From the NCBI GenBank assembly GCA_021613535.1, contig CP075493.1, positions 12,152,001-12,216,000 of the forward strand: a stretch of DNA of 64,000 nucleotides, written 5' to 3'. Below, piece after piece: positions 60,339 through 64,000 of the stretch. Under the pieces are notes generated by a model. That model did no database searches and had not been told where the DNA came from. It worked only from the letters and a program-made list of their open reading frames with translations. This stretch comes from Adineta vaga. Taxonomy: Eukaryota > Animalia > Rotifera. Position numbers and translations under genes: made by a program. Position 1 is the stretch's first letter; each line of letters opens with the position of its first letter.

Positions 60339-61223
60339 TTAGAAACAACGTCGAAGACAATTCCATACATATTGTCTTAGTTCATGATTAGAAATAAATA
60401 AATTAATCATCAGAGCCAATAAACATATTGCACCGAGATAAATACTCGCCATCAATATAATAACATCAACGAACATAATCACATTAATTGTATTAATAAG
60501 CAGAGCAGGTGTCCAACCAATAATAAACATTGAAAACGTGAAAATCATTTGTTTTAATAGAGAAATATCTCGGCGACTAGTAATTCTAGTTGTTATCCCA
60601 CTTGACTCTGGCAAATGAACACGACGTGTTGATCGTCGAACATAAATAAAAATCCACATATTGAAAGTCATATTCAACAATGATGGTACAATAACACCAG
60701 TAATCAATGTATAAAATCCCATCCATACTTTATTACTCGTACAATCCTACAAAATAAATTTCAACAAAATAATCCCATTTCTTATATTACAAAATATACT
60801 TACATCATAATATTCAAAAACAAATGGTAATGAAATAATAAACAAACTGATCCATTGTGTTAAAATACAAACAATAACCCATTGATTCGTTTTAAAGAAT
60901 TCTTTTGTATGATAAACAATGATACAAAATCGATGAATAGTAAAAGCAACAAAAGCAAACGGGATTTGTATACTTGCAATATTAAATGCATATTGAAAAA
61001 GAACACACATTGATTGTGGCATATCATAATAAATCGCATAGAAATAGATTATGAAATAGATACATGTACTGAGAGAATTTATACAAAGATTCAAAATAAA
61101 CATATTATTTTGATGACGAAAACGTGGAATGGCGAGAATTAAACCTGAATATAATAGAGCAATGAATAAAACTCCACTATAAACAAAATTTCGAAAAACT
61201 TCAAGCGTATAATAGATATCCAT
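60339..61223 (-). CDS. Orphan 7TM GPCR-like receptor, intron 60747-60803
   Basis: NMFILNL, IHRFCIIVY (DRY-like), RDISLLKQM and FIIGWTP, with seven hydrophobic segments. Confidence 0.82.
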
Positions 61224-61454
61224 ACTTATGTGAAAATGAATTGAATATAGAAAAACAAAGTCATTTTCTTTTCATCTACTTAGCTGTTAAGAGGGATTTC
61301 CGTTTAATCTGTTTAATAATTAATTAGATTTTGTTCAAGAATATTCCTGTCGTTCAATTATAACACAACGATGATGACAGAATTTATTATAAAAATGTAT
61401 TCAATGTGCAACATCAAAGTTTATTATGAGAATACCATTGAAATTAGAATGCCC

Positions 61455-63594
61455 TCAAGCTAAGAAATTTTTCATGCGAAGTATTTCTTCAATATTTTGA
61501 AGATATGTTCTTTGCGTTTGAATGTCGTCGTCATCTTCTTCTTTCTTACTCAAAAGTAAACATTTAATCACTTTTTCTGTTGTTTCTCTAGCTTCATCAA
61601 GTCGTCCAAGTTTTTCATAAGTTGTTGCAATATTCTTATACGTTTCAGCAAATGTTATATGATCACTTGGTAATGATTCTAATTCTATTTTTAAACATTG
61701 AAGGTGATGTTCTAGAGCAAGATCATATTGTTTTGTCTTATAATACATCGCACCAATATTATTATAAAGAAATGCTAAGACAGGATGATGATCTAATAGA
61801 TGTTTACGTTGTTGTTCAAGTGCTTTTAAAAATGCATCTAATGCTTCTTGATATTTTTCTTGTTTATAATAAATATTTCCAATACAAATATACGTAACGG
61901 CAATTGATGAAACATCAGAATCAGTCGATGATTGTAATAATGTTAATGCTTGATTAAATTGTTCTAAAGCTTTCGACCATTCTTTTTTCTCACGATAAAT
62001 ATGACCAATTGTATGTAATGTATGAATTAATGATGGATCATTTGATTCACATAAATCATGTCGAATAGCCAATGCTTTTTCATATAAACCTAAAGCTTCA
62101 TTACCATGTCCTAATGCCATATGTACCTTAGCAACATTACTAATATATGTTGCTTCGGTTAATGGATCGTATGATTCTAATTTACTTAAAGCATCTAAAG
62201 CTTTTTCATAGAATTTTAAACTATCTTTAAATTCACGTTGTTTGTATAATGTACTTGCAACATTAGCATTACTAGCTGGAATATTTTGATAATGATTCGT
62301 TGTACCTAATTGATCAAGAACACGTTTGAAAAACTCTAATAAAGTTAATTGAATTTGATCTGTTTCTTTTTTTAATTGTTTATCTTTTTCACTAACAGAA
62401 ACTAAACGAACGTTCCAAATACCTTCGTTTGTTTTCTTTTCTGCTACATCAACGATTCGAAATATCGTTCCAATTGAAAAGAGTACTTCACGTTCCTCTT
62501 CATATTTACTCCAACGTGATATATCAGCAAATGGACGTTCCATTTGATCAGCATCAATTTCCATATAAAACACAAGTGATTCCGTTTTTGGAGGTTTTCT
62601 ATCTAAAGCAAATCTTCTTGCTACGTGTTCATCTAAACTTGTTGAAAGAAAACTATTGAATGCAATTAATTTATCCACTTGAATTGTCATTTTGAATTCA
62701 TCCATAGTCATAGTTAATCCACGATGAACAGTAAAAAATCGTGATGCTAATGATGGTTTATATAAACTATGCATTTGTTCCAATTGTACATGTAAATCTT
62801 TGATAAAGAAATGAAATTTATATAAGATGGCTATATCTTGTTTCCAAAGAGCTTCATTCAATTTTTTGAATAGAATTGTCTGTCGAGTATACCTAAAGAA
62901 TGTATTGTTAGAAAATAGAAATCGTTGAAAGTTTATCGTACCATGATATAGCTTTTCCAGCATGATACTTTGTTTTTAATTCATCAACAATCTTGAGATC
63001 GTTTTGTTCTAATACATAGGTTTTCTCAAAATATTCAGCCAGTTCGATTTTTGCGTTGTTGTTATATTCCATTGTAAAGAGAAGATCACGATGTAATTGT
63101 GAACAGAGAAATTCGACTTGATTTTTAATATCATCGGAACCTTCCGATGTTGTAGAAATAGGAAGAAGATTTTTCAATGCTTGTTTCGTATCTTCTTTTA
63201 AACGTTCACATAATGGATCAATTGTGACAAAAATTCCACGTATTTTATTCGATTGGTTCATCAATTCTGTATATTTTCCTTCATCGTTACAAAATATATA
63301 GATCGAATTTAATTTCGAACATTCGATGATTTCTTTGGTCAATAGAAGTTCGCGAGCAAATTTACCAGAGACAATTAGATAGATTTCTTGATCTTGAATT
63401 TGTTGAATAATATTTGTCGCTTCTATAATTTCACGACAAGTAACTAAAGAATTGACAATAGTACGAAGATTTTGTACAGAATCAGCAGTTTCTTGATTCT
63501 TATTGATTGTTTCATCCAACCAAATTAGAACAAAACTTTCGTTTGTACTGATTATTGTCGACATTGGAACTGATATGGGTCCTGTATATGGCAT
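61455..63594 (-). CDS. NAD:arginine-type ADP-ribosyltransferase (R-S-E clade) + TPR repeat protein with N-terminal receiver-like region, intron 62893-62941
   Basis: LIWLD...LIVSG...SIYIFC N-region, WYTR, HRG, FLSTS and EEEREVLF (ExE), followed by ~6 TPRs (A..Y.NIG..Y). Confidence 0.9.
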
Positions 63595-64000
63595 TGAAGC
63601 TCTTAGTGCTCGATTGGCTTCTTCTACTCAAGACAAATCCATCCACAGAATGTTTGTTATTTTAATTCGATATAGAAAGATCAGTTACCTGTTGAATCAG
63701 AAGTAATCAGAGGTTTGGTCGACTCGTTTGATTGGGAATTCTTTGTCGATGTCTTTAATTGTGGTACGAATAATTTTAAATATTCAAACAATAATTTTTG
63801 CATTTCCACCGAAGCTGTTGCAGAAATTTTTGCTAAAAATCAAATGTACAAATCGTATACTCTTTTGTTTTTAAAATGAATTTTTATACTTTTATTATCT
63901 TCATTCATGATTTTCGTATTTACAGATGAATCAATTGGTTCTAATTCAGCTATAACATCTTTCGATGTCTATATATATAGAATGAAAATATAAAATCAGA

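Overview
AT-rich eukaryotic genomic DNA with short (~50-80 nt) GT-AG introns. The gene content strongly suggests a bdelloid rotifer (inference): ART-TPR, caspase-NHL, FG-GAP, F-box-like and orphan 7TM families, many intron-poor genes of bacterial, phage or fungal type, and short TGTGGG repeats. The window holds about 25 genes or pseudogenes. These include a T4 Rnl1-type RNA ligase with an intron, two GPI-type Cys-domain mucins, two EEP phosphoesterases, a tight trio of a GRDP-like gene, a PRMT-like methyltransferase and a ZZ-A-T-R carboxylic-acid-reductase-like NRPS, a decayed chimeric cullin, GrpB, an epimerase fused to a glycosyltransferase-like domain, LicD, three GPCRs and an ART-TPR protein. 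There is also a long-TIR MITE and a degenerate hammerhead ribozyme. The most striking observation is a head-to-head pair 213 bp apart: an AIG1/GIMAP GTPase and a non-RD protein kinase that both end in the same 43-aa domain (25/43 identical, no gaps), which resembles the PBCV basic adaptor domain. This is a candidate paired immune signalling module. All family calls are from motif recognition by eye; no searches were run.
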